This document shows, in pieces, positions 47,101-60,100 of a stretch of 64,000 nt of DNA. Location of the stretch: positions 60,255,151-60,319,150 of the forward strand of contig NC_068983.1 of the NCBI RefSeq assembly GCF_001194135.2, written 5' to 3'. Position 1 is the stretch's first letter. Each line of letters opens with the position of its first letter. The notes below the pieces were generated by a model. The model saw only the letters and a program-made list of their open reading frames with translations, had not been told where the DNA came from and did not search any database. The position numbers and the translations under genes are program-made. This DNA is from Octopus bimaculoides (taxonomy: Eukaryota).

Positions 47101-50100
47101 TTCGTGTCTTCTTACCTTGACATTGTATGATAGCTGTAAATGATGAATGTTGATGTCACAGTATTCTGTGAAAACATGTCTGGCCATAAGGAAATATTAC
47201 CTTGCTTGGAAACAGGTGAGGATTGGTGACAGAAAGGGCATCCAGCCATAGAATATCTACCTCAACAGATTCCATCTGACCCATGCAAGCATAGAAAAGT
47301 GGACATTAAAATGGTGATGATGTTCAGTTATAAAAATCTGTTGTTAGTTTTGGTATACTCATTAGTAATTGGTTATTAAAGATTCTAATTAAGGTAGATT
47401 CTGAGGCAGTGTTTATATTTCTGACGTTGTGGACACCACTGGATTGAATGATACTGCCCAGCCCATGTGTCGAAACCATAGTGATGTCTATCTTTGGCGG
47501 CTGATGATGGGAATGCACATATGTTATTCTTGTTTATGAATTTCTTATATCTTAGTCTCATTATTCTGGGTTCATGAGATCACGATGTGGTTTCAATTCA
47601 TGGGCTGGGCAGTGTGTTGTGTTCTTGAGCAAAACGATTTATTTCATGCTGCACCTGTCTATTCCACTGTAAATGAGTTCACCCTGCAATGGGCTAGCAT
47701 CCTATCCAGGGGGACATGTTGTGATCTCAGTCATTTATATGCCATGGTATCTGGATAACTGACCCTATAAGTCCCAGAACTCAAGACTAATGCCTAAGGG
47801 ATGAAAGTTTTTTTAACAAGGAAGCTCTTATTCACAAAATCTTATCAAATATGTCTTTAAAAATGTCTTCTAATTAAAAAACTAATTTCTGGAGTTTTTT
47901 TTTTCTCTTTTTTTCTCAGCGTTCCATTCAGGACGAACTAGAGCGCGAAAGTGAATCTGATATCAGCACCATTTTGATCAGTTATGTAATCATGTTTATC
48001 TACATCTCCTTGGCTCTTGGACAGTTCCGCAGTATCAGAACAACCTTTGTGAGTTGTATTTCATTTATATAATTAGTTTTTGGTACCAATGACTAATTTA
48101 CTTACATAGTAAATGCAAGCATAGCAGTGTGCTTGAGAAGCTTGCTTCTTAACCAAATGGTTTTGAGTTCAATCCCTCTGTGTGGCCCCTTGGATGAGTG
48201 TCTTCTATTATAGTCTTGGGCCTACCAAAACCTTGTGAGTGGACTTGGTAGATGGAAACTGAAAGAAGCCTGTTGTGTGTGTGTATGCATGTGTGAGTTC
48301 GTGTTTGTGTCTCCTTGTTTTGACATCACATGTCTCTTGTAAATGAATGCCATTCATTTTCAATATTCTGTGAAAACGTGTCTGACCATGGGGAAATATC
48401 TTACTTCTTGGAAGCAAGCAAGGGTTGACAACGGGAAAGGCATCCAACCCAGCCATAGAAAATCAGCCTCAGTAAACTCCATCTGACTCCTGCAAGTATG
48501 GAAAAGAGGATGTTAATATGATGACAACGATGATGATCATAATAAAAACCATCTGTGCCAGTACCATTGGAAAAAGCACTCAGTTCACTCTGTAAAGTAG
48601 TTGGTCCTAAGGAGGGCATCTCACCATAGGAACTGTGCCAAAGCAGACAACCGGGACTTGGTACGGGTCTCCAGCTTGCCAGCTCCAGTCAAACTGTCCA
48701 ACTCATGCCAGCATGGAAAAACAGATGTTGAATGATGATGATGATACTAGTTTGTTTTCTTTTATACTAAGTTTGGTTTCTATGTTTTCAGATTGATTCC
48801 AAAATTACCCTTGGTTTTGGTGGAGTTATCATTGTATTTCTGTCTGTGATGATGTCTCTTGGCATCTTCAGCTACATTGGTCAGCCAGCCACCCTTATTA
48901 TTATTGAGGTCGTACCATTTTTAGTACTGGCTGTTGGAGTTGACAACATCTTTATTCTTGTACAAGCATTACAGGTAAGTGACCGTTCTTGTCACTCTAC
49001 AAACTCGTGAGATTTAAATTCATGTCTCTTTCAGATATTTGCACCAACACCTGCATTCCTTCATGTTGAAATTATTCCTGTTACAGATTTAACTGTTTTC
49101 ATTCCAACCCCCTTTTTTAAAAGAGCCCTTGGTTTTATGCTACAAACTTGTGTTAAAGTGATCTAAATTAAAACCTTCCATCAAAATTTCATATAAATCG
49201 TGATGGCACCTGTGCCCAGGGTTGCCTTCCTGGCACTTGTGCCGGTGGCCCATGTAAAGACAATCGAGCGAGATCGTTGCCAGTGCTGCCAGACTGGCTC
49301 CTGTGTAGGTAGCATGTAAAATACACCATTTTGAGGGTGGCCGTTGCCAGTACCGCCTGACTGGCCTTCGTGCCAGTGGCACGTAAAAGCACCCACTACT
49401 CTCTCTGAGTGGTTGGCATTAGGAAGGGCATCCAGCTGTAGAAACTCTGCCAAATCAGATTGGAGCCTGGTGTAGCCATCTGGTTCACCAGTCCTCAGTC
49501 AAATCGTCCAACCCATGCTAGCATGGAAAGCAGACGTTAAACGATGATGATGATGATGTTTGAAACACCAGCTTAACCCTTTAGCATTCAGATATTCTGT
49601 CAAATGTAATGCTTATTCATTTTAAATTAATCATGCATTATCTTGCAGTTTCAAGATTTTGATGATGTGATTGCTTATTTTTAGAATGACATTGTTGAGT
49701 AGATGTGAGGGGCCAGATTTGGCCAGTTTGAACATAGAGTAGGTGTAATATTTTGGCCAGTTATAGCCAGTTTAAATACCAAAGGGTTAATAGTGACAAA
49801 ATTATTTTACTGATTTCTTTGTTATTTTCAAAATTGATTGAAACATAAGTAGTGTCTTTTTATAGAAACATGCCACTTTTAATGAAGTTGAACTTAATGA
49901 CTCTTCTCTGTGATTTTATCTTCACTAATTTCATATCCACATTTCTAATTGTGGATGAAAATTCCATGCTAAATGAAAGATTTCCTTCTGCCTACAGTAG
50001 CAGGAGCTGGAGAAATTACATTGAATGGCTCTGCCTGAAAAGTCAGACTTTGCTCCTTGCCATGGCAAAATAACTTGTTCTACTTTGTGAAGTTTTGAGT

Positions 50101-53100
50101 GCAAACAGATAGCATAAGTCTGAGAATATTGGGCCTTACAGATCAAATGGCACAGAGTCTAGGTTCTGTATAGTAGACTGGCTCAGTCTTATCATGACTT
50201 TGACTCAGTCATGATCCCTGCTCAAGGACACAGTACACTGCTCAGTCTATGAAATGAAACCATGATTTTATGATTGTGAGTGGCACACTTTCACCATTTG
50301 ACCACTTGCTTTCACATCCTGAATTTAAAAAGAGCAGACTTTAAAATAATGGTGAAAATATCATTGTGTAACTACAGCTGTCATAGGTCACTCAACTTAA
50401 CTCGAAATTTGTTTTGTTATTTTAGCGTGATGTCGGTGACCCAGATGAAATTTTTGAGTCCAAAATTGGAAGAATTGTTGGTAAAATTGGTCCAAGCATG
50501 CTGCTTACTAGTCTTTCTGAATCAGTAGCTTTCTTATTAGGTAAGTGTAATTAAGACATATTAATTGCTGTATCTTGAAAGAGTCATATTAAGTGATTAG
50601 AAAAGATTGAGTTTTTGAGGGACTGAGTCTTAGTCTTTGAATCTTGAAATTGGTTAAGTGGATAGGTAAGCAAAGGGTTCAATATCCAGTTGTTTTTTTT
50701 TTTTAACCATTATTACCCATGCCAACAACATCTCTTTCATTGAACACGAAACTCAGCTTGCAAAGACTTATTGGGGCAAGCGAAAGCAAAATTGTGATGG
50801 CACCTGTGCCCAGCATCACCTTTCTGACACTTGTGCCCACGGCATGTGTAAGGACTTTCGAGCGAGATCGTTGCCAGTGCCCCTAGACTGGCTCTTGTGT
50901 GGGTGGCACAGAAAATACACCATTTTGAGCATGGCCGTTGCCAGTACCGCCTGACTGGCCTTCATAGGATTTTTGAGCGAGATCGTTGCCAGTGCCCCTG
51001 GACTGGCTCTTGTGCGGGTGGCACATAAAATACACCATTATGAGTGTGGCCGTTGCCAGTACCGCCTGACTGGCCTTCGTGCGGGTGACACGTAAATGCA
51101 CTCACTACACTCTCTGAGTGGTTGGCGTTAGAAAGGGCATCCAACTGTAGAAACTCTGCCAAATCAGATTGGAGCCTAGTGTTGCTATCTGGTTTCACCA
51201 GTCCTCAGTCAAATCGTCCAACCCATGCTAGCATGGAAAGCGGACGTTAAACGACGATGATGATTACATTTCTTTTCTCCTCTGAACCTGCTAGTTGTAC
51301 ACAAGCCTTGCCCACCCCTTTTGAGGCACATACTTCTCTTTTTGTAATCTCTGTCCTATCTCATCCCAGATATTCCACACTCAACACTTTTCCTACAACT
51401 TCACTTTCCCTGAACTTAAACAGTCTCAACAATATCTCAACAATCTTGTCAGCCTTGCAAGAGTTTTGAGGGGAGGTGCATTGATTCCCTTGTAGTTGAC
51501 TGGTGCTTTATGTTATTGACCCCAGAGAGATAAAGCAAAGTTGTTTTCGGCCATTTTTCAACTCAGGCTGTGAAGAACTATATGTAAATATCATAAGGCA
51601 GTTTGGGGACATGCTAATGATCCTGCCAATTCATTAATAACCGTTTCTACTATAGACACGGGGCCTGAAATTTTGAATAAGGACCCAAGTGCTTCACTGG
51701 TACTTAATTTATTGATCCCCAACAGGATGGAAGACAAAGACGACCTCGGTGGAGTTTAAACTCAGAACGTAAAGACAGGCAAAATGCCAACAAGCATTTT
51801 ACCCGGCATGCTAATGATTCTGCCAGCTTTCCACCTTCTGCCAATCCATTCATAATAGTCATGTCTAATAATCATTTCAAGACCTGAAATTTGGAGGAAT
51901 GGAATTAGTCTATACCAGTGGTTCCCAACCTTTTCGCTACCAAGGACCCCTTTTAATTAAATGAGTTTTCCCACAAACTTCTTTTAATATGTTTATCCTT
52001 TGTATATATGTATGTATATATAATATAATATAATATAATATAATATATATATATATAAAATTTTGAATTTAGTTTATGGACCCCCAGTACTACCTTTGTG
52101 GACCACATGTTGGGAACCACTGGTCTGATCTATACCATTGACACCCCACCACCACTACCACAACCTCTCTGGTACTTTGTTTTTAATTGACTCTTGAAGC
52201 ATGAAAGACAAAATTGAACTCACAACATAAAGAGCCAGAACGAATATGACAAAATATTTAATCCATTAATCTAATAATTTTGATAATCCAGTAATCAAAA
52301 GTTACAGTAAATGAATAAAAATCTGTTGACATTTCAATGTTTAGTATTTAGAGTGTTGTATATATTTTCTAAAATGATAAATATCATGTAAATATTTAGT
52401 CACCCATATTTTCATTCTATTTAGGTGCTCTCACTACAATGCCTGCTGTCCGAATGTTTTCCCTCTATGCTGGAATGGCTGTCTTTTGTGATTTCGCTCT
52501 ACAGATCACCTGCTTTATCAGTTTAATGGCATTAGATGCAAAACGACAAAAAGTAAGTTGTTTTGGAGATTAAAAATTACTTGTATTAATAGGAGGATCC
52601 ACTGTAATATTGGAGGTTTGGTTTGAAGATGTCAATGGGAAATCTCTCCACTGAATTGTCCCCAGCACCATTAGATGCAGGCATGGCTGTGTAATTAGAA
52701 GTTTGCTTCAAGGTTTCAGGTTCAATCCCATGGATAGCACCTTGGGGAAGTGTCTTCTGCTATAGACTTGGGCCAAGCAAAGCCTTGTAAGTGAATTTGC
52801 TAGATTGAAACTGAAACAAATATGTTATTCATTTCCAATCTTCTGTGAAACCATGTCCAGCTATGGAGAAATACTACGTTTACCATGTACCTCCTCTACA
52901 GTAAAATAGCTATATCTATCCCTTAAATCTCTCAATTGGCACAAAGTTACACCCACTCAATACAACCTCCCCACTCCCAGTTAAGGGATTTTTATCTTGC
53001 AAGGTATTTGGTGACCCTTGTGGTGCTGGTGCCACATAAAAAGCACTGATGATGGTCCATGTAAAAAGCGCTGGTGATGGTGCTGTTTTAAAAGCACCCA

Positions 53101-55111
53101 GTCCACTCTGTAAAGTGGTTGGTAATAGGAACGGCATCCAGCTGTAGAAATGGAACTTGGTTTGGATCCTGGCTTTGCTAGGTCCTGTCAAGCTGACCAA
53201 CTTGTGCCAGCATAGAAAATGGATGCTAAATGATGATGGTGACAACCTTGCATAGAATTAAGTGATGGTTGATGAGAGGAAAGACATCCGGTAGTAGAAA
53301 ATCTGTCTCAGTGAATTCTGCCTGGCCCCATACAAACATGGAAAAGTGACTGTTAAAATGATGATTAAAGCAAAATTGCCCAGAATACCTTCACAAATTT
53401 ATAACTACATGATATTAAATAATAAATTGTCATCGTTTAACATCCGCTTTCTATGTTGGCATGGGTTGGATAATCTGATTGAGAACTGGCAAGCCGGGGG
53501 GGTTGCACCAGGCTCCAAGCTGATTTGGCAAGGTTTCCTAAAGCCAACCACTCCAAGAGTGTAGTTGGTGCTTTTACGTGCCACCTGCATGGGAGCCAGT
53601 CAGGTGGCACTGGCACCAACCATACTTGAATGGTGCTTTGTACGTGCTACCAGCACCGGCGCCAGTCAGGTGGCACTAATGTAATATTGAATAAGATTTT
53701 AACATTGCTGAAGATATTCATTAAATGAAAATTTATTTCATCATCATTTAACTTCCACTTCCTATGCTGGGGTTGGACAGTTTGACAGGAACTGGCAAGT
53801 CAGAAAACTACACCAAGCTCTGCTGTTTGTTTTTGCATGGTTTCTATGACTGGATGCCCTTCCTAATGCCAACCACTTTACAGAGTGTACTGGGGGATTT
53901 TTACGTGTCACCAGCAGCAGTGAGGGCAAGACCCCTGAACTTGGAGGAGCAGTATTATTGAAGGAGAGAAAAAGGTGTATTACATTAGAAGCGAAACATG
54001 GTTACTTCAGATGGTGAGAGAGAGAAATGGTGATGACAAAAATGTGACAGGGAGGCAGGCAGTAGCCATGTACCCATGTTATATAGCAAAGTGGATTGGG
54101 GACTGGAGAGAGTGAGTAGGTGGGTGAGTTCACAAGATTGCAAAAGGAGAATGACATGAGCTTATCATTAATTTTCTTTTCAGGCTAACAGATTGGATGT
54201 GCTTTGTTGTATAAAGCTGAAAATGAAGAATGTTCTCGGCACTGAAGAATGCTTATACTCATTAATAAAGAATTACTATGCTAGATTTATAATGAAAAAC
54301 TATGTTCGGCCAATCATTGTGAGTATTCTTTTTTTCAGTTACTGGTTGTCTTAAATGTCTATCAAGGTTTATATTGAGCTGTATTTTGTTCTTTTTTAAA
54401 CTTGCGGGATATTAAAAGAAAGCCTAGTTGAAATAAGCATCAGAAATGGTTTGCCTTATGCAGAAACTGCAGGAGTTACTCAGAGGTTTTTCAAGCTCTT
54501 CTAAACCCATTGCAATGCTGGAACCACTTCGATATATCGTTAGCAGGTTTCTCAGGGTCACAAACGTTTAGCCTCTTAGCCTGTACACTTCACCTGAGTA
54601 GGGTAGTGAGGACTGAGCTAGTTTTTGTTTATGGAACAGTTCCACTTGTGGTCTCTTATCAACCAAAGCCATCTTGAACTAGTTTCAGCTGCTGTGCTGA
54701 TTCCCCTGGTGACTTTCTTCAGTTGTCTGGGGTTCCAGATCTGTATGTGAAATATACGCAAATTCAATTTGAAGAAAACATTTTGGATAGATTCTAACAG
54801 TAAATAAGGCAAAGTATGGCTGCATTGTTAAAAAATTTCATTCTCAAACATGTGATCTTGGGTTCAGTCCCTCTGTGTAACGCTTGGGTAAGCATCTTCT
54901 TTATGCTAGCTCCAGACTGACCAAAGTTTGGTTAATGGAAACTTAAAGAAGTCTAGCATGTGTGTGTTTGTTTGTGTATGTGTGTGTGTTTTAATGCTTC
55001 TTTTGGGGTCTGCAATCGCCTATATAATTGTTTTATTATAATTGTTAAATTGTTACACTAGATAATTTTTTCATTAAATTATATTTATATATATCATCAT
55101 CATCATCGTCT

Positions 55112-55143
<32 letters not shown>

Positions 55144-55488
55144 TATATGGTTCAAAACTGTACAAAAAGCACAAGACAGACACTGGTGTGGGAACAATAA
55201 ACAAGGAGTATATATATATATATATATATATATATNNNNNNNNNNNNNNNNNNNNNNNNNNNNNNNNNNNNNNNNNNNNNNNNNNNNNNNNNNNNNNNNN
55301 NNNNNNNNNNNNNNNNNNNNNNNNNNNNNNNNNNNNNNNNNNNNNNNNNNNNNNNNNNNNNNNNNNNNNNNNNNNNNNNNNNNNNNNNNNNNNNNNNNNN
55401 NNNNNNNNNNNNNNNNNNNNNNNNNNNNNNNNNNNNNNNNNNNNNNNNNNNNNNNNNNNNNNNNNNNNNNNNNNNNNNNNNNNNNNNN

Positions 55489-55522
<34 letters not shown>

Positions 55523-57094
55523 CCAACCCATACCATCATAGAAAACATGTTGAATAATGATGATGTCTATGCTATTGCAGGTGGTTGTGTTCTCTCTCTG
55601 GTTTTGCATTTCTGGTGCTTTGATGATGCGTGTAGAAATTGGTTTAGACCAAAGTTTGTCAATGCCAAAGGTAAGGTTTATTTAATTATTTTTATGTTTC
55701 ATTGTCTTTTTTTTTTATATGTGCCTCAGCAGAATGAGTAGAGCTTCAGACAAAAATACCTGGAGGTATTTAGTCGTTAGCATTTAAACTAAACATATCT
55801 GGTCCTAATATTTTACCTGTTTTATGTTACACCTACCTTACGGGGTCATTCTAAAAATAAACAGTTACATCATCAAAATCTTGAAGCTACAAGATAATCC
55901 ATGATTAATTCAAAACATTTGACAGAATAATCTGAATGCTAAAGGGTTAAGGTTGCTAATGCTCTGAGTTCAAATCACGCTGTGATCAACTTTGCTTTTC
56001 ATTGTTAGAGGGGTTGAGTAATAAAATTCCAATTGAGTACTGCATGTCAGTTTAATTGACTAAAACCACACACCCTTTTCCTGCCAAGTTTCTTGTCTTG
56101 TACCTGTGCTGGAAACTACCATTATTATTGAGAAGGCAACAAGCTGCCAGAATCCTTAGAGCAGTGGAAGAAAAATCATTCCAGCATTTGTTCTGATTTT
56201 TAACTTTCTGAGTTCAAATGCTGCCAAAGTCAATTTTGCTTTTCATCTTTTTAAATTAGATTAAAGTACCAGTCAAATGCTGGTGTTGCTGGCATCAACA
56301 ACTATTCCACCTCTCTAAATCGCTACCCCAATTCAGAAATAATTGTTATTATTATGAAGAACGTTAAAAATGGTAGAATGTCTTGTATGTAGTCAAAAGT
56401 TCAAATCCAGCTACGTCATACTTTTTTATCCTTCCAAGGACTGATAAAAAAAAAAAAAAAAAGAACACCAATCAAGTTTTGGTCTTGATTAAAATGTCTA
56501 AATACCCACCCCCACCAATTTTTGATCTTGAGCCAAAGATAGAAGTTTTTCATATTAATGCCCCCTGTTTCTGTTCAAGAATATAATTTTGAAATTAACT
56601 TACATATTGGCATTTGGATTCCTAAATTCTTTTACACTTACCTTATCTGGTACTTAATGTAGAACTTAAAAACCTTTGAGAAAGGCATGAAATCCTCAAC
56701 TTCTGCTTTGTGTAAAAGTTGCAGGGTGTTAAACACATGCTAAAAAAGCAATTCTGTTTTATTCATCTTTTCAAGGTCAATACAGTACCAGTTGACCATT
56801 GCTATCGACTGGCCCCTTCCACACAAAATTTCAGGCTTTGTGCCTATTATAGAATTATTATTATTATTATTATTGTTAAGGCGGCGAACTGGGAGAATCG
56901 TTAGCATGCCAGGTGAAATGGTTAGTGGTATTTCGCCCGTTGCTACATTCTAGGTTCAAATTCTGCCGAGGTTGATTTTGCCTTTCATCCTTTCAGGGTC
57001 AATAAATTAAGTGCCATTGAAATTCTGGGGTCAATGTAATTGACTGGTTGCCCTCCCCCCCAAAACTTCAGACCTTGAGCCTATAATAGAAAGG

Positions 57095-57135
<41 letters not shown>

Positions 57136-60100
57136 GGCAGCAAGCTGGCAGGATCGCTAGCACGCTGAGCAAAATGCTTTGAGGTATTTCGTCTGTGTTC
57201 ATTTTCTGGGTTAAAATTCTGCCAAGGTTGACTTTGCCTTTCATCCTTTTGGGGTCACTAAAAGATGGCTACCCTTGTGGCAAAACTTGAAGCCATTATT
57301 GTTGTTGTTGTTGTTATTAAGTCGCCTAGCTGGCAGAATTGTTATCAACACTGGGCAAAATGCTTAGTGGCATTTCCTCTCTACTTACATTCTGAGTTCA
57401 GATTCCACCTAGGTCGACTTTGCTTTTGATCCTTTCAGGGTCAAGTACTGGGGTTGATGTGATGACCATCACCCTCCCATCACATTCCAAGCTTTGTGCC
57501 TATAGTAGAAAGGATTATTAAAACTATTATTATTTTTATTAATCAGCAGAAGTTAGAAAATGACTCAAAGGCCAAGAGTTAGGAGCATGGTACAAAACTC
57601 ATCCTTTGAGTCGCCTTCTAACTGCTGTTGATTAATAATGTGTGTGTGTGAAGATGCATGATTTAGTAGTTAGGGTATATGTATTTCCTTATTACCCACA
57701 GGGGGCTAAACATAGAGGGGTCAAGCAAGGACAGACAAAAGGATTAAGTCGATTACATCGACCCCAGTGCGTAACTGGTACGTATTTAATTGATCTCGAA
57801 AGGATGAAAGGCAAAGTCGACCTCGGTGGAATTTGAACTAGGAATTTAATGGCAGACGAAATCTGACTAACGATTCTGCCCTTGGTTAGAGTATATGGCT
57901 CATGATTGTAAGGTCCTGAGTTCAATTTCCAGTGTCACCTTGTATCTCTGAGCAAGACACTTTATTTAACCTTACTCCAGTTCACTCAGCTGGCAAAAAT
58001 GAGTTTTACTTATAATTCAAAGGGCCAGCCTTGTCACATTCTATCATGCTGAATATCTCTGAGAACTACATTAAGGGTACGCGTGTCTGCGGCATGCTCA
58101 TTCACACACATATGTGTGTGTGTGTATTTATTTGCTATTTCTGTGGATTATTGATTACTGTGAAATGAAAATATAGATCCTTCTCATTAGATACAAAGAT
58201 TCCATAAGAGACCCACTTTCTTGAGATATCATCATCATCATCATTTAATGTCCGTTGTCCATGCTGGCATGGGTTGGACAGTTTGATCAGGGCTGGCATG
58301 CTGGAAAGCTGCAGCAGACGCCAGTCTGATTTGGCATGGTTTTCTACAGCTGGATGCCCTTCCTAACACCAACCACTCTGAGAGTGTAAAGGGTGCTTTT
58401 ACGTGCCACCAGTATGAGTGCCGCTTGCATGACATAAAAATTTAAATAAAAAAATTTGCCAATGTGAATAAATAAGCATACATTTGTCTAGATGTGTTCA
58501 ACAAAATTTTGGGTTTTTTTTTTCTAATTTTTAGGATTCCTATGTTCTGCAATATTTCCATAACCTGTCTGAATACCTGTCTATAGGACCCCCTGTTTAT
58601 TTTGTTGTTCAAAACGAGGTGGATTATTCGTTGAGAGAAAACCAAAACAAATTCTGTGCCATTACAGGTTGTAACTCAGATTCTTTGGAAGGACAAGTTT
58701 TTGTAGCTTCCATGCAGCAAAATTAGTAAGTCATTTTTGAATGTATCAGTTATTTAACGTGGTTTGTCTCTAATATCAAGGAAATGGGATGTTTCACATG
58801 TTGAACTATTGAAAATCATCACCATATTATTATTATTCATCATCATCATCATTTAATGTCTGTTTTCCATGCTGGCATGGGTTGGACGATTTGACTGAGG
58901 ACTGGCGAACCAGATGGCTGCACTAGACTCCAATCTGATTTGGCAGAGTTTCTACAGCTGGATGCCCTTCCTAACGCCAACTACTCCGAGAGTGGAGTGA
59001 GTGCTTTTTACATGTCACCGGCACGAGGGCCAGTCAGGAGGTACTGGCAACGGCCACGCTCAAATGGTGTATTTTACGTGCCACCTGCACAGGAGTCAGT
59101 CCAATGTTTTGTTCACATGCCACCGTCACAAGTGCCAGTAAGGCGAAGCTGGAAATGATTGCGCTCAAATGGTGCTTTTTACGTGCCACCGGCACAGATG
59201 CATGACTGCTGCTCTAGCAATGTTCTTGCTCGGATGGTGCTGTTAACGCTCCACTGGCACAGGTGCCAGTCATCGAATTTGGTTCAGTTTTGATTGTTTT
59301 CCATGCTGGCACGGGTTGGACAGCTTGACAAGAGCTGGCCTGCTGGAGAATTGCACCTGGCTCCATTTATCTGTTCTGGCATAGTTTCAATGGCTGGATG
59401 CCCTTCCTAATGCCAACCACTCTACAGAATGTACTCAGTGCCTTTTATGTAGCAACACCGAAAATTATTATGGCCTGACACATTGGGTTTGATTCTTTTG
59501 ATACCAATCCACATGGGACCACCCCTGAATCTATGATACAAATTGGAAGTTTTAAACTGATCTAAATTAAAACCTTCCAGCAAAGTTATATATGCTGGTC
59601 CATTACTTGGATGACCTATTTTTGCCAGCTGAGTGGACTGGAGCAACATGAAGTGTTTTGCTATAGGACACAACGCATTGCCCAGTCCAGGAATCGAAAC
59701 CGCAATCTTATGATCATGTTTCCAACACCCTAACCACTAAACCATGTACCTCCATTATTTATTTATGTGTCTGTTATCTGAAATCTTTATTTCTCATTTT
59801 CTGAATTACTGTTTTCTTTGAAAGCACTCGAATTGCCAAGTCTTCATCCTCTTGGCTTGATGATTATTTTGACTGGATCAACCCAAATAACCAGAACCCG
59901 TGTTGCCGTTACTATAAATCCACTGGAAAGTTCTGTGATGCTGATGGTAATTTCTTTTGCTTTGCTTTCATATCTCTCTCTCTCTCTCTCTCTCCCCCCT
60001 CTCTCTCTCTCCCCCTCTCTCTCTCTCTCGCTCCCCCCTCTCTCTCTCTCTCTCTCTTTTTATGGTGTTTGCAGTTGATTTTCATCAGAGGGTAAGAAGC

